DNA of 64,000 nucleotides from Lama guanicoe (lineage: Eukaryota): assembly GCA_013239625.1 (NCBI GenBank), contig MU054391.1, forward strand, positions 5,725,824 through 5,789,823, read 5' to 3'. How positions within the stretch are numbered: the stretch's first letter is position 1; each line of letters begins with the position of its first letter. The notes below the pieces were generated by a model. That model had not been told where the DNA came from. It made no database searches and saw only the letters and a program-made list of their open reading frames with translations. Positions 23,650-36,829 of this stretch are shown here, in pieces. Both the position numbers and the translations under genes were made by a program.

Positions 23650-24138
23650 CAAGGAGGAGGCCCCCACGCGCCACCCCAAAATATGCGACTCTGGCACATT
23701 GACTATTCTGAGTTAAAGGTACTTGAAAAACAGCAGGTGCAAGAACACCTGACTTTCTTTCTTTTTCTTAAAAATAATGAAATTTCCATGTGAAAGATGC
23801 CTTCCCTACACCGGAAAGAAAGTCACATGCTTATCAGCAAGGATGGAAGCTGAGACTAGAGAATTCTGTACCTGAAAATAACTCTTGTCTTCCTTTAACG
23901 TCCCTATGTAGTTTAGCTCTTTTTCCACAATTGCCTCTCTGCTTTACCTGGTATAAAAGCACAAAGGCTTTGCCGCTTCTCTGGGTCTTAATTTCCTTTT
24001 GAGGGCTCCCGTGTCACATAAAACTTCTGTTGGAAAAATCTGTATGCTTTTCTCCTGTTGATCTGTCTTATGTCAATTTAATTCTCAGGTCCAGGTGAAA
24101 CACCCAAAGAGGGTGAGGGAAATCTTGCCTCCCGCACA
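23650..24138 (+). mobile_element. ERV1-class solo LTR (MER34/39-like)
   Basis: gccaccccaaaatatgcgactctggcacattgactattctgagttaaagg..gtataaaag (TATA)..tgcttttctcctgttgatctgtct..cctcccgcaca. Confidence 0.75.
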
Positions 24139-27100
24139 AAAGCAGAGCCTCAGAAGGTCCTGGGTCTACGTTCCATGGAGCCTCCCTCTGACTGGTGTTG
24201 ACCTGCCTCCCCGTCTGTCTCTGAATTCAGTCTAAGTCAGTTCAAGCCCTACGTCAACCCATCCTTCCATATGAAGCCCCACCCACTGAGGTCCCATCAG
24301 AGCTTCAGCACACCTGGGTCACCTGGGCTTGGGGACAAGGCAGAAGCCCTGGCTAGGATGTGATAGCTCAGGTCACACGGCGGGGTCCCCACGGCCGGGC
24401 ACGAGCTGGAGCACTGGGAGGCTAAGCTGGCGGGGGTGCTAACCTCTGAGAACTTCGGAGCTGGAAGCAGGCTGGTCCAGTGCGCTCACGTTGTTGATGG
24501 GGAAACTGAGGCCCAGAGCGAAGAAAGAACTTCCCCAGGGACACAGGGCCCTGGTGGCAACGCTGGGACTGGAAGCGTGGTTTGCAGTCCTGCACTCTTT
24601 CTCTCACATCTTGCCCTCGGAATGCAAATTCTAGTAAGTACAGAGTTCGATCTGGACGTGCTCATTCTGAGCTCACAAATGCCTGCCCCTCTGTAATATT
24701 CGTGGGTGGGGTCTTGAATGCGGTTCAGGGAGTTAATTCCTGGGGTTATGTATCTTAACCCCAGAACCTCCTAACTTTGGTGGTTTAAAGAGATTATATT
24801 ACACATTTCTATTATTTGTGTATTAACTCTTGGTACATTGCTTTACTGTTTACAAAGTACTGTTTCTCTACATGATCTTACAACTCTCTCAACAACCCCA
24901 CGAGGTAGGTTTTATGGTTTCCATCTTGGGGACCCAATGGCTTAGAGGAAGTTAATCACTCCTAGCCAGTAGTGATCGACACCCAGGGGCCTCTCTCCCA
25001 CACCAGCGAGGCCTCGAGAGCCCAGGCTCATTTGCCGTCAGCCAGATGGATGTGCATCCTGGAGGAGCAGACACACTGACTACAAAGATGTGTTTCGTTT
25101 GTCCTCAAACTGTTTTGAAATATCTTGAGTCAGCATTTTAGAATCTAGCAACTATTTTAAAAGTGAGAATTTCTGTCTTTAAAAAAAAAAAAAAACAAAC
25201 CTGGAAGCTCTGGCAACACTGGGTCCCCCCAGGCTTCCGTCCTTCTGTTTATCGGAGCTGCTTTCTCTGGTCCGTCTGCTTGGCCTGGTGCTGGTCATCG
25301 TGATGCTGCGTCTACGTAGAACCGAGATGAGCCAATGTTTGTAAAGCACTTCAGAGCTGACAGAGCCCCTGATCCAGACAGGTGGTTGGGTCTTTCTCAG
25401 TCTGGAAAGAACCCCTTCTGGAGGCACTAGTTGGGTCTCAAGGAAAGAGCCGTGCTGATTCGTGCACAGTTGCGTTCGCAGACACTGACACAGGACCAGC
25501 TGTGGCCAGGCTCTGTTTGTGCTGAGAGGTGTGGAGCTGAGTGAGAACTCCTGCTGCCTTCGAGCAATCTTAGCCAAACCAAATAACGGCCACGATGCTC
25601 TAGTTCCAGCGCTAACGAGTTGTCACTGACTACACGGGCCCTTGGCAGGATGTCTCCCCTCTTGGGGCTTCAGTACCCACTCTGAGCAACCAGGGGCTTG
25701 ACCGGACAGCTCGGGGGCTGCCCCTTTGTTTCTCCCGAGGTCCATCCAGTTGACAAAGGCCGTGGCTGGGCCAACACACAGGCTGGCTCTGTTCTGGGTC
25801 ATCTCGTCTGAAGAGGTGGACAATGAATGAACTCTGCCCAGGGCTCCAGAGCCATCTTCAGGGTACGTGTTGCTCTGGCCTATAATTTCTTATTTTTAAT
25901 AACACTAAAGAGCACCCTCAGGCCCACTGATTGCTGGATGGCTTATTCAGGCCACAAGTCCTGGGAACAGCAAAGGAAAATCAAAACGATGAAAATCATA
26001 GGCTCTCTGGAGCACAGGCCTTTACTAAACCCCAATCTACTGGTAACATTTCTGGAAACAAAAGGGATTTTTGCTCTGTTTTGGAACTGCTGGAAGATTT
26101 AAATCAACAGCCATTTTTTGAGTGTCACCTGCAGCAGATGGTTCAGGTGACTGACCTTCAGTTTCGCAGGAGAATCAGACACAGCATATGTCTCAACAGC
26201 ACTTTACAGTTTACAGAGCACAGTCATGTGGTCCCAGTTAACCCTTACTACTGCCCTGGGAGGAATCAGACCCTCAGAGAGGGGAGGCCTTTTGCCAAAC
26301 ATAGGCCAGCGAGAGGAGAGGCCAGGATTAACCCCAGATCTTCTGTCTACAGATTCAGGGTTCTTCCTACTATACTATGTGACACAGAGATACAGTTAAA
26401 TTGTTAAGAGACACAGGCTGGAGAGTTTAAAAAGTATTGTTATTATATCTTGCGAAAGACTCCTGGAGATGTTAGCATTTGATATAGGTCTTAAAATGGC
26501 TATGAATTTTTTTCCTTTTTTTACTATCTTTATAGGTCACTGTAGACGATCTGGAAAGTATAATAAAATGCAACAAACAAAAGATTTATAATCCTAATAC
26601 AGAGATGTTGCCTCTGTAAATTATTTACATGGTTTCTTTCAGTTTTTCCTTCACATTTTTTAAACTAGTTGAAATCATACTCTTTACATAGTTTTGAAAT
26701 TTTTTCCTTTAATTTACATTTTCTCACATTCATTTTGAATGGGTTGAACTCCAGTAGGAAGTGATGGTGTGTGATTAGGAAATTCTGAACGAAGAACAGA
26801 GCTGGAGAAAAGCTATGAGGACAGGGAATTGAAGGGCGTGAGATCAGGAAACGGTGAGTAATTCTTTGAGGCTAAACTTGTAACTCTATGATGAGCTGAG
26901 GTTTAGCAAGAAGTCTAGAAAGACCTTTAATGTCAGATGGTAGAGAGCTTCAAAGGATGCTAAGGAATTCGTAGTTTATTCTATTCTCATTAAAGAACAA
27001 TACACTTTTACACTCCACAGATTTAGAAAAATACAAATGAGAACATTCAGAAATAATTCACAATCAAAGTGCACAGGGATAATTGCTATTTTGACACATA

Positions 27101-27774
27101 TATAATCTTCCAATTTTTTTTCTGTACACATATTTCTTCTTTTTTTCCCCTAACAGGGACATAAAACACAGATTCTTTTCTAATCTGATTATAATTCCAT
27201 TAAATGTGGTCTTTCTTGGTCATTAAGAATTCTTTTGCAATAATGGTTTTGAAACATTTTATGCACCAGAACTCTGTCTTTAAACAAAATCCTATCAGGA
27301 ACCTCAAAAGCCAAAAGGGATAGAGATAGAGCTACTGTGATCCGAACATGAGTGGGGGCCCTGACGCCTGCCTGACCCTGGAAGACACCCTGACCCCACT
27401 CTGAAAACCGCAGTTGTATTTTTATGGTAAGAGCATCGCATCATTGAGCTGATCAGCCTGCTCAGCTGTTTCCAGATTTCCCCTTTGTAAATTGATCCCT
27501 CATTCTTTGAGCACATCCCATAATTATTTCCCAATGAAGGTTTTTGAATATGGGGTGTGGCATAATCAGAGCTATTAGTGTGAATGCCAAATACAGTAAA
27601 ACTTTACTTAACTGTAATTCAGCTAACCACAACCTGTGATTAACCAATTTTCTTTGGCTCAACTTTGGGGAACATAAAGGAAACTCTTTTCCTCCTTCCC
27701 TCTTTTTTCTCTCTCTCTAAAACACATACACGCACACATGCACACACACACAGAATTATGAAATGGGTACGTTT

Positions 27775-29295
27775 AGCAAATATTTACAATAACTGTACTC
27801 TGAAAATGACAACACATTACTGAGAGAAGTTAAAGATGAGTTCAAACAGTGAGATATACCATGCTTACGGACTGGAAGATTCAGTATTGTTAGAATGCCA
27901 TTCCTCCCCCAGATTAATCTGTAGATTCAACACAATGACATTCAAAATGTTAGCAGGGTTATTTTGAAAAAGTTAGTAAGCAAATTTTAAAATTTATGTG
28001 GAAATGCAAAGCATATAGAATAGCCAAAACAACATGGAAAAAGAGCAAAGCTGGAGGCCTTACCCAATCTAGTTTCAAGACCTATTATAAAGCTAACACT
28101 AATCAAGATAGATTGGTATTCAAGCAAAGGTTGACATATAGACCACTGGAACAGAAGAGAAAGTCCAGAAATACATCCATACATACATACGGTCAATTGA
28201 TTTTCTAGCAAAGGTGCCAAGACAATTAAATAGAGGGAAAGATAATCTATTCACAGAAGGTGCTGGAATAATTGCTTGGCTATCAGTATGAAAATGAGCT
28301 AAAACTATAAGCCTTCTTTTGAAAAAAATAGGAGAAAAATTTTAGTGATCTTGGGTTAGGCAAAGATTTTAAAAATAGGACACACGAAATTTAAAAATCA
28401 ATAACTTGGACTTCATCAAAATTAAAAATGTCTGCTCCTTGAAAGCACAATTAGGAAAAAGAGAAAAAGGCAAGGCACAGACTGAGAGACTATGTCTGTA
28501 AAACATACATTAAGTAAAGGACTTGTGTCCACAATATAGAAAGAATTCTCAACAATGATACAAGACAATTAAAACTGCGCAAAAAATTTGAACAGACATG
28601 TTATTAAAAAAAACAGATGCCAAATAAGAACATGAAAAAATGTTCAACATCATTAGCCATTAAGGAAATGCAAATTTAAACCAAATGTAGATATCACTAC
28701 ATATCCACTGTAGTGGATAGAATTTAAAAGACTGACAATACCATGCCATGTGTTGGCTAGAATGTGGAACAACGGTTCAGCGTTTATTTACAAAGTTAAA
28801 TGTTCACTTACCACATGATTCGGAAATTCCACTCTTGGGTATTTTTCAAGTGAAGTGAAAATATACGTCTACATCAAGATCTGTACATGAATATTTACAG
28901 CAGCTTTGTTCAGAGTAGCCAAAAACTGGAAACAATCCAGAAGTCCATTGATTATTAAATGGGTGAAGAAAAAATCTATAGTAAATGGAATACTACTCAA
29001 CAGTTAGTAGGTATAAACTATTTGTATATGCAACAATATGATAAATCAAAGTCAGATACAAAAGACTACATACTGTATACCTTTATATGAAGTTCTTGAA
29101 AAGTTCTAGGAAAGGCACATCTAAAATGATCATAGCCGATCACCCGTTGCCAGGGGTTTGGGGATCAGGATGGGGATTGACTACAATGTTCTAAATCATA
29201 TTTTTGGTAGTGGTTGCACTATTAAATACACATGTCAAAATTCATCACGTGCACTTAAAATTGGTGAATTTCATAGCAAATAAATTATACCTCTA
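27775..29295 (+). mobile_element. Old L1M: ORF2 3' part through 3' UTR, degraded
   Basis: ORF 27996..28208 (..RIAKTTWKKSKAGGLTQSSFKTYYKA..) is ORF2-like; ends cacttaaaattggtgaattt..aaattatacctc. Confidence 0.9.
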
Positions 29296-29699
29296 CTGGC
29301 ATTTGGATTCATCTTTGATTACTTTTTTTTGTCATTCTTCTAGCCACTTAATGGTCCATATTTAATGGTTCAGATTTGCAATGTCTGCTAGAGTCAAGAA
29401 TAGAGTCTGTGTTCCTGTTTGTTATTTCGCTTGTTTTTTTTTTTTGGTTTGTTTTTTTTTTTTTTTTTTTTGAGAGAAAAAAAGAAGTGGGAACATCTTT
29501 CATTCACCATCTTAAGCTTAGAAGTCTTATAGACGATATTAAAAGCCATGGACTGGAGCCATCCCCATTTCTTAATGTATTAACTTACGTTTTGAGACCT
29601 GACTACTGAGTCCCCACGATAAGTAAGAACTCAGATCTCCCTCACTGCCCCTCCAACCCCCACATAGTTATAGCCAGGACATACTTTATTAAGACTGTG

Positions 29700-31250
29700 C
29701 AAATGCCATTCACTAGAGAACCCACTCGAACACTTAGTCCACACCATCCATCTTACTTATTCAGTCCTTCACTTTTACTGGAGTTACTCATTTTCCCATG
29801 TGCCCGATTTTCTGCATATATACCGTTAATTTTTCCTAACTCTCAATAAAGCCTGCTTCAATTCTATTAATAATGTTTTCCATAGTCTCAAATATGTCAT
29901 CTCCATCTTATTCCTAGAGATCCTCTTCTCAGAGCCTTCCTTCCATGCTCTCCAGTTTAAACTGGATACTGAACAGACATCACCAGGAAATTTCTATGCA
30001 TCATCACTGTGGGGATTCATGTTGCTTCTTGTGCTTTGGGTCCCTTGTTTCCTGGATTCCGTGTGTTCCTTTCTTGGTTTACACCCTTGTTCTATTGGAT
30101 CACCACCACCCGTTCACTGAAGGCACAAGGGAAGTAAACGATTTTCATTCTTGCATGTTTGAAAATATCTTATTCTACCCTCATCTGGTGAACAGTTTGG
30201 CTGAATATAGAAGCACAGGGTGCACATTAGAATGTTGAAGGCATTGGTCCATTGTCCACTAGATTCCAAAGCGTTGTAGAGAGGTCCATTGCTTCTGATT
30301 CTCTCTAAAAGTTTATAGTATCTTCTCTGTATCCCTGATACTGAAAAAGTTCACAGTGGTGTACCTGACCCTGGGTCTTTTTCACATCCCTTGAACTAGC
30401 TCTTTTGAGTTGGAAAGTCGTGCTTTAGTTCTGAGAAATGTCTTTGTGTTATTTCCTTGACAATTCTGTCCCCTTGGCTCTCTTTCTGGCATTTCTAGTA
30501 ATTGACTTTCAATCTCTGAGATTTATCCCCTTGCTTTATCTTTTCTCTGCGAGTTCCCATCGTTTTGTCTTTTTGTTCTATCTTCTGGAAATATCTCTGA
30601 ATTTATCTTTTACAATAAATTTTTATTTTGACTCATGTGTGTAACTTTCCCAGAGGTTTTTTTGTTTGGGGGATTTTTTTTTTTAAGGCTTCTGGTTCTT
30701 CTTTCGCAGATACAATATTGTCCATCCTCTTTTTCGGGAGATTTGGCAGCTTGAAGTTGTCTTTAATTTCTGCCAATTCTCTTTTCCGTTTGTTTGTTTG
30801 GTTTTCTGCAATGAAAGGTAGAATCTTTGTTCCTCTCTGCAGGCGCTTAGCCATCGGCTCTCACTAGAAACCTAGAAAGCTCTTTGCACAGAAATCAGAC
30901 TTTGGTCCTAGGGCTTCAGTCTACTGGGACAAAACTTCCAACTAGCTCATTGTAAAGAATCCCAAATGGTCTCTGGGTTTTACTCCGAGAAGACTGTTAT
31001 CTCCTGCCTGGGGAGATGTAAAACTTGCTACTGGCATTCTGGAAAGGGGGAGGGGCAGTATTCAGATTTTCACTTAATTTCCCTGTTTCTAGTCTGTGCT
31101 TCCTCCTATCCCACCTGCCCACTCTCAAATCCTCTTCAATTACCGTTGTCTCTTCTCCCTTTTCCATGGTCCTCGTGGACCTAACCCTTTTATTGTTATT
31201 TTAGTGGGGGTTGGGGATGAAAAAAAAGAAATAATGCATTATTCAATCTG
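29700..31250 (-). mobile_element. Very old L1ME/HAL1-like fragment
   Basis: T-rich degraded LINE sequence (tttcttggtttacaccc..ttgcatgtttgaaaatatctt..agtttggctgaatataga) similar to 51830-52940. Confidence 0.55.
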
Positions 31251-31553
31251 ACCTGTGCTGTCAGTGATAAGGAGACATGAGCTTCAGAGAAGGTTTGCTT
31301 TCTCTGCAGTACCCAAAGACTCCTCGAGTCATTGCTTCTGTCTGGGGTCTCAATTTCCTTATCTATAAAATGGGAGACTAGTACTGGATGACATTTTTAA
31401 ATGCTTCCTATTCTGAAATTGTGTGTTTCAAGAAACCAGAACCTGATCTCCATGCTATTTTATTTATTTGTCCTATTTTTGGTGCTCCTAAGATGTCCCA
31501 CCAATCTCCTTTTAAGATCTTTTCTTCCCTTCTTCTGAGTCAACGGCCACAGG

Positions 31554-31886
31554 CAGGTCTGTCTTCGTGGGCGCACAGCCGGCCATATGGGACCCTGTAC
31601 TTAGAAGGGCCTGGGCTCGGTTTAATGCTCTGATATCACTGTCTTGAAATTCTTATTAATTTTTTGAACTTATTTTTTTATTCAAGTATAGTCAGTTTAT
31701 AATGTATCAATTTCTGGTGTACAGAATAATGTTTCAGTCATATACATACATACATATATTTCTTTTCATATTCTTTTTCATTATAGGTTACTGCAAGATA
31801 TTAAATATAGTTCCCTGTAATTTTTGATCCACAGGCACCACATTTCCATTTTGTGCTGGGTCCCACCAATTATATCACCACTACTG
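31554..31886 (+). mobile_element. MER45A-like hAT-Tip100 element split by an L1 3' end
   Basis: cttagaagggcc..ggtttaatgctctg..tgtcttgaaattctta, then insert, then catttccattttgtgctgggtcccaccaattat. Confidence 0.8.
31667..31817 (-). mobile_element. L1 3'-end fragment
   Basis: ttcaagtatagtcagtttataatg..tttctggtgtacag..aatatagttccctg; flanked by taattt(t)ttga near-duplication. Confidence 0.85.
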
Positions 31887-33599
31887 GCCATGGGATGGTA
31901 ACAAGCCAGGACTCAACTTTCAAGTACTTTAAGGCCCATAGCCAGAGCTACAACTCTTGCGCTCTGTAAACTCTGCTTCTGGAAGGGAGGGAGGAGCAAG
32001 ACATATTTGCCCCAAGATTAGAAATGGAGAAACCAGCCCCCAACAGGTTCTGCAACTTGCCTGAGATCTTATCACTCGAGTTTGGGAAACTCCTGAGTTA
32101 TTTAAGCCACACTCTGAGTACCTCACATGCATCTTAGAAGGTTGTTTTGCTTCTGTTAAATTGGGGCTGTGCCTTCTGGCTGTTGATGTCCTTTGACAAG
32201 GCAACTTTGCATCCAGAGGACTTCATTCATTCATCCACTCACTCAATCACTAAGAAAACCTTTATGAAGCACCTACTCTGTTAGCAGGAAGAGTGGGCTC
32301 TTTGAAGCACAAAGAAATGAGTTAAGATGTCCCCCTCTGGCTCTTGTTGGCCACGGGACCTGATTTGACCTCTGGGGCCTCAATATCCCTTCCCATTTGA
32401 TGAGAAGAGAGTGATCACCTCCCAGCTCACTGATGACTGGTGGCCTGGTACAGCGCCCCACATGCTCTGTGCCCAGCGAGCATCCATTCCTTTACTCTTC
32501 TCCCCAGCACTGCGCAAACCACAGGGAGTCTCAGCCTCAGCTGAGGACAGATCAGGCTCGGAGCACTCAGAAGCTCTATTCATCGGGGATACACTTGACT
32601 CTCTCTCCCTCCAGCAGAAATGTTGATGGGATCCCAGGGAGAAAGGAGGCTCGTGCATATGATAGGTGTCAAGGATGGTGTTTGGTCCCTGGACTACCCC
32701 TGTGCTTTGTCATTAACCTTTAATAGGTTCCCAGGAAGCTCTGAAGATAATAATACGTCTCCGCTCCCTTTCAACTGATGATCTTGATGTGATGTATTTG
32801 TGTCTGTAATGCAATCTGGAGGCTCTCACAAGGAGCCAAGACTTGTTCTTATCTTAAGAAAAAAAATCTATCTATGAAAATTAAACCCACAGGGAGGCGT
32901 GGCACAGGAATGTGTCCTTAGAAATGCTTCCTCTACAAGCCATGCCTGTTTTGTGAGATGAATGGATGGGTACGGGGGTGATATAGTAACTTAAGCCTCA
33001 TGACAATTTGATGATTTATGGCACTTTTGTCTCACGTTCCAGTTTACAAAGTTTTGACAAAGCCTTTGCACGGGATCCATTATCTCGTTTGTGCCTCACC
33101 TTCTCAGGTGTCTCGGTAAAGTTACCATGTCCAAACCGCAGGTGAGAAAACAGGACTCAGAGAAGCGATCTGTCCTGATTACACAGCTAGCAGATAAGTT
33201 TCAGGGCCAGGATTCAAATTCACTCTCCTGATTGCAGAGTCTTTGCTCTGTTGCCTCCCTGAAATAGTATTTGGCTATTTCCACACTCAGCAGAACCTCT
33301 TAACTAAAGGTTAGCTGAGTTGTCCTGGGTTCCAAGCCCTGGGATGCTGGCAGCACCAGGGGGTCGGGAGGAGGCAGTGGCACTAGCTCCCATGTGACCA
33401 CACCCTGCGGACCAGTGCCTTGGCCTGGCTGAGTGGGGGCCACATTCCTGGAATTTTTATGGCCTGGTCAGGTGAGAATTATGCATCCCCTCAGGGCAGC
33501 CTCATCAGGGGCAAGATCTGTCCCTGTCACACACTCAAGGACTTCACTCCTGTAACTCCCCTCCCCCCTCAATATTTCATTTCCAACAGCATACAAACA

Positions 33600-35010
33600 T
33601 GCTGCAGTAATCGGCAATTTTACCCGCTCCAGACCCTCCTGCTCTTTCTCACAGGCCTCGTCTCTACTGACAGTCTGCCCTTTCCCTCCAGCTCTGCCTC
33701 GAACCCACTCCAATTGAGCTGTCATTCCTAACACGTTACTGAAATCGTCTTGTCAATGCCGTGTATCTTGCTAAACCCTATGCTAAGCTCACTCAACTGT
33801 CATTGAACGTTTCTCCCTTCTTGAACCTTTCTTCACGTGGCTCTGGTCACCACACTCTGCCAGCCTCCTCCGGCCACATTAGCTGCTCCTTCTCTGCCAC
33901 CTTCACTAGACTGTCCTGCTCTTCCTGACTTCAAAATGTCACAGTGCCCGCAGCTCAGCCTTGGGCTGTTTCCTCCCGTTTACTGACTACTCTCCCAGGT
34001 GTTTGCATTTAGTCCCAGGGCTTTAAACCTCATTTTTACACTATGACTCCCAAGTCCACATCTCCAAGAAGAACATCTCTGAATTCCAAATTCATTTATC
34101 CATCTTCCTGTTGAATATCTCCCCTTGTATTTCTAATAGACATATCAAACTTAACATGTCCCAAATCTTGATTTTTTTCACTCCAAATCTGCTCATAACC
34201 ATCTCGGCTCCACCACTTGCCACACTATGTCATCCTCGAACTCTGTTTCTCACAATTACACCCAATCCACTGTTGGCTCCACCTTCAGTGAAGTATATCT
34301 ATTTCCTGTTGCCCACTTGTGTGGTCTAGTCCAAGTACTGCCATCTTCGAGGGGGATTCCTGTAACAGCCTCCGGTGGACAAAGAATGCCTCCTGCCATA
34401 TCAGTAACCAAAAGATGCTGCGGCCATCAAGCCATCAGCCACCACAGCCACCCACTCCCCGACGGTGCACCCTGAGGGGATTCAGGATGGAGAAAACAGG
34501 ATACTGGCTCTACGTAGTCAAGGTATGTAGCAAAGGAGTGATCTCAATGAGCCCAGACTCTTGACCCTTCCCATATATAGGAAGGTGCTAAATTCTTTAA
34601 CTTGAGATTCTGGTTTTTCTTTAATTAACAGTAATCTTTTGATGTTCTGACTACTGTTTTTTTTTTTCGGTTGTTGTTTGTTTGTTTGCAAAATCTTCTA
34701 TATATCCTGTCTCCCCTTTTACCTCTTTGGAACAGTCCCTCAGAGTTATCTGAGCTGGGTCTCCTGGGCTTAAGTCCCCAGCATATCCACTGAATAAATC
34801 ATAATTCTAACTTTAGGTTGTGCTTTTTTTTTTCAGTTGACACTTCCAATTAGCCACCTTCATTTCACCCATATGCTCTGTGGTCTGTTCCCCATACACC
34901 AGCCTCAATGACAGTTTAAAGAGTAAATTAGACCACGTTACTCCTCTGTTCAAAATCCTTCAATGACTTCTCAACACATTTAGAATTAAATTGAAATGTG
35001 TAACTGTGGC
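33600..35010 (+). mobile_element. L2 LINE fragment interrupted by an LTR
   Basis: tatgactccccaagtccacatctcc..tctaatagacatatcaaacttaacatgtccc..ctcctctgttcaaaatccttcaatgacttc. Confidence 0.8.
34374..34842 (+). mobile_element. ERV1-class solo LTR inserted in L2
   Basis: ~470 bp with TATA-like ctatatat, AATAAA near 34793 and terminal ..cagttgaca; ctcc/cttcc at the flanks; L2 resumes afterwards. Confidence 0.75.
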
Positions 35011-35401
35011 ATCGAAGGAATATTCAAAATACCCATATTGAACAACTGGTAGGGGAATATATATTTTCGTGTAAGTTTTTATGTAAATCAAAATTTAAAA
35101 ATATATCCCCTTCTATGTTCTAAATAAATCTGTTTATCTTTATAATAAAACTGCATACAGATGATGTAAGTTGTAACACAGAGCATTCATCAAATCAGTC
35201 TAATAATTTCTAAGTCTTTTGTGGGTTTCGTGTGACCTTTTGTTGGATACGTTCTCAATAATTAAATAATGCCCCCATTGGAGCTATGATTTGCCAGTGA
35301 AATGCATCAAACTCTTCCAATAACTTCCCCATTAAACCAGTAGCCACTAGGTAACCTGTGGTCACAAAATAGAGAATTTCTCTTAATAAAACAATATTGT
35401 T

Positions 35402-35546
35402 GGGGGGAGGGTAGAGCTCAGAGGTAGAGCACATGCCTAGCATGCAGGAGATCCTGGGTTCAATCTCCAGCACCGCCAATTAAAAAAAAAATCTAATTGC
35501 CTCTCCCCCTACCAAAAAAAAAAAAAGATCCCAAATTAAAAAACCC
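35402..35546 (+). mobile_element. tRNA-derived SINE (vic-1-like) with 14-bp TSD
   Basis: gggagggtagagctcagaggtagagcacatgcctagcatgcaggagatcctgggttcaatctccagcacc plus A-rich tail. TSD aaaacaatattgtt at 35388-35401 and 35547-35560. Confidence 0.92.
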
Positions 35547-36829
35547 AAAACAATATTGTTTGTGGTATTTTTTCCCTCAGCTTCTGTTGAACTAAGAGCA
35601 AATTATATTTAAACAATTATATTTTCTGACCCTTACAAAACATCTGAGGTTCTTAATAGTTAACATTTTATTACTGGAGGAGCCACAGAGGTCTGTCTTG
35701 GGTGCCACATTTAATGAGGCTGAGCCCAATTCTTCCAGAAACGGGCATGGCCTGGCGGCCAAAACTGTTCTCCACCAGGCTACTCCGTTTTGACTCCTGG
35801 CTCAGTCGCTTACAGAAATTTAAAATCTTTGTTTCAGTTTTCTTGTCTGTAAAATGGGGCTGATGATGGTGACAATATTCAAACGAGTTAACAGGCCTAG
35901 ATTGGTGCCTGGCTCACAAAAGGCTGGCCATGCATTCACGGGCTCTCACTCACTAAGACGACCAACACTGCTGATGCCCTTGACTGGAAGGCTTGTGATG
36001 GGTTTGTAACATATGCCCTTAGATGGAAATGAAATTCAGTAAGAACAGTGAGAAGGCGAAGCTGCACCCTGGAGTCCTGGGGCCCTTCCTTCCTCCACAG
36101 CCTTCCTCGTGTTGTGGGAGTACCTGCTATTTCAGCGGAGCTCCAAGTGCCTGACTAGCCTGTGTGCGGCCCTCATTTTTCCGCTCCCCCAGGCTCTCCC
36201 CAGCTCTCTCTGAGCCAAAATCCCATGAAGGCTGTTATTCCTGAACACAGGCCCGGGGTAAGTGGGCAGTGCAAAGCAGCCATCACTGGCTGGATGGTCT
36301 CCAGTTGGTCCACCCAGAGTCCCCTCCCCCTTCCCTGGTAGGAGCCAATCACGGTGGCCAGGAGGTGGGACCCAAAGGGCACCTGGTGTAATGTGTGGAG
36401 TGGGCTGAATGGGTGTTCTGGTCCACTACTGGCCCTGTAGGTCCAGGAGACCTAGAGCAATCAGCAGTCAGGCCTTGCCCAGCATCTGACCCCGAGGCCA
36501 ACGACTCTACCTCTCACCTATTACCCTCTGGCCACACAGGCTTCCTTTTGTTCCTCAAACACACCAAGCCCGGTTCTGCCTCAGGGCCTTGTCGCTCTCC
36601 CTGGGATACAGTCCCCCAGATTCCTGCATGGTTCTCATTGCATTGCCATCTTGGCTGGCCTGGCCCTTCTTCAGAGCGGTCTCCCTGATGACCCTATAAA
36701 AATTCTGCCCACTCACCCCTACCCCAGTCATGGTATATACCAATGCAGCTGTATATATTTTTTAAGCATCTATCTGCTCCCTAAAGTTATACTTACTAGT
36801 TTTCTATTATTCTGCCATGATAAATATGG

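Noticed and set aside
35402..35480. tRNA-Ala-like sequence as a real tRNA gene
   Set aside because: A-rich tail, TSDs and diverged stems show it is a SINE; the same applies to the copies at 10900, 17466 and 63512.
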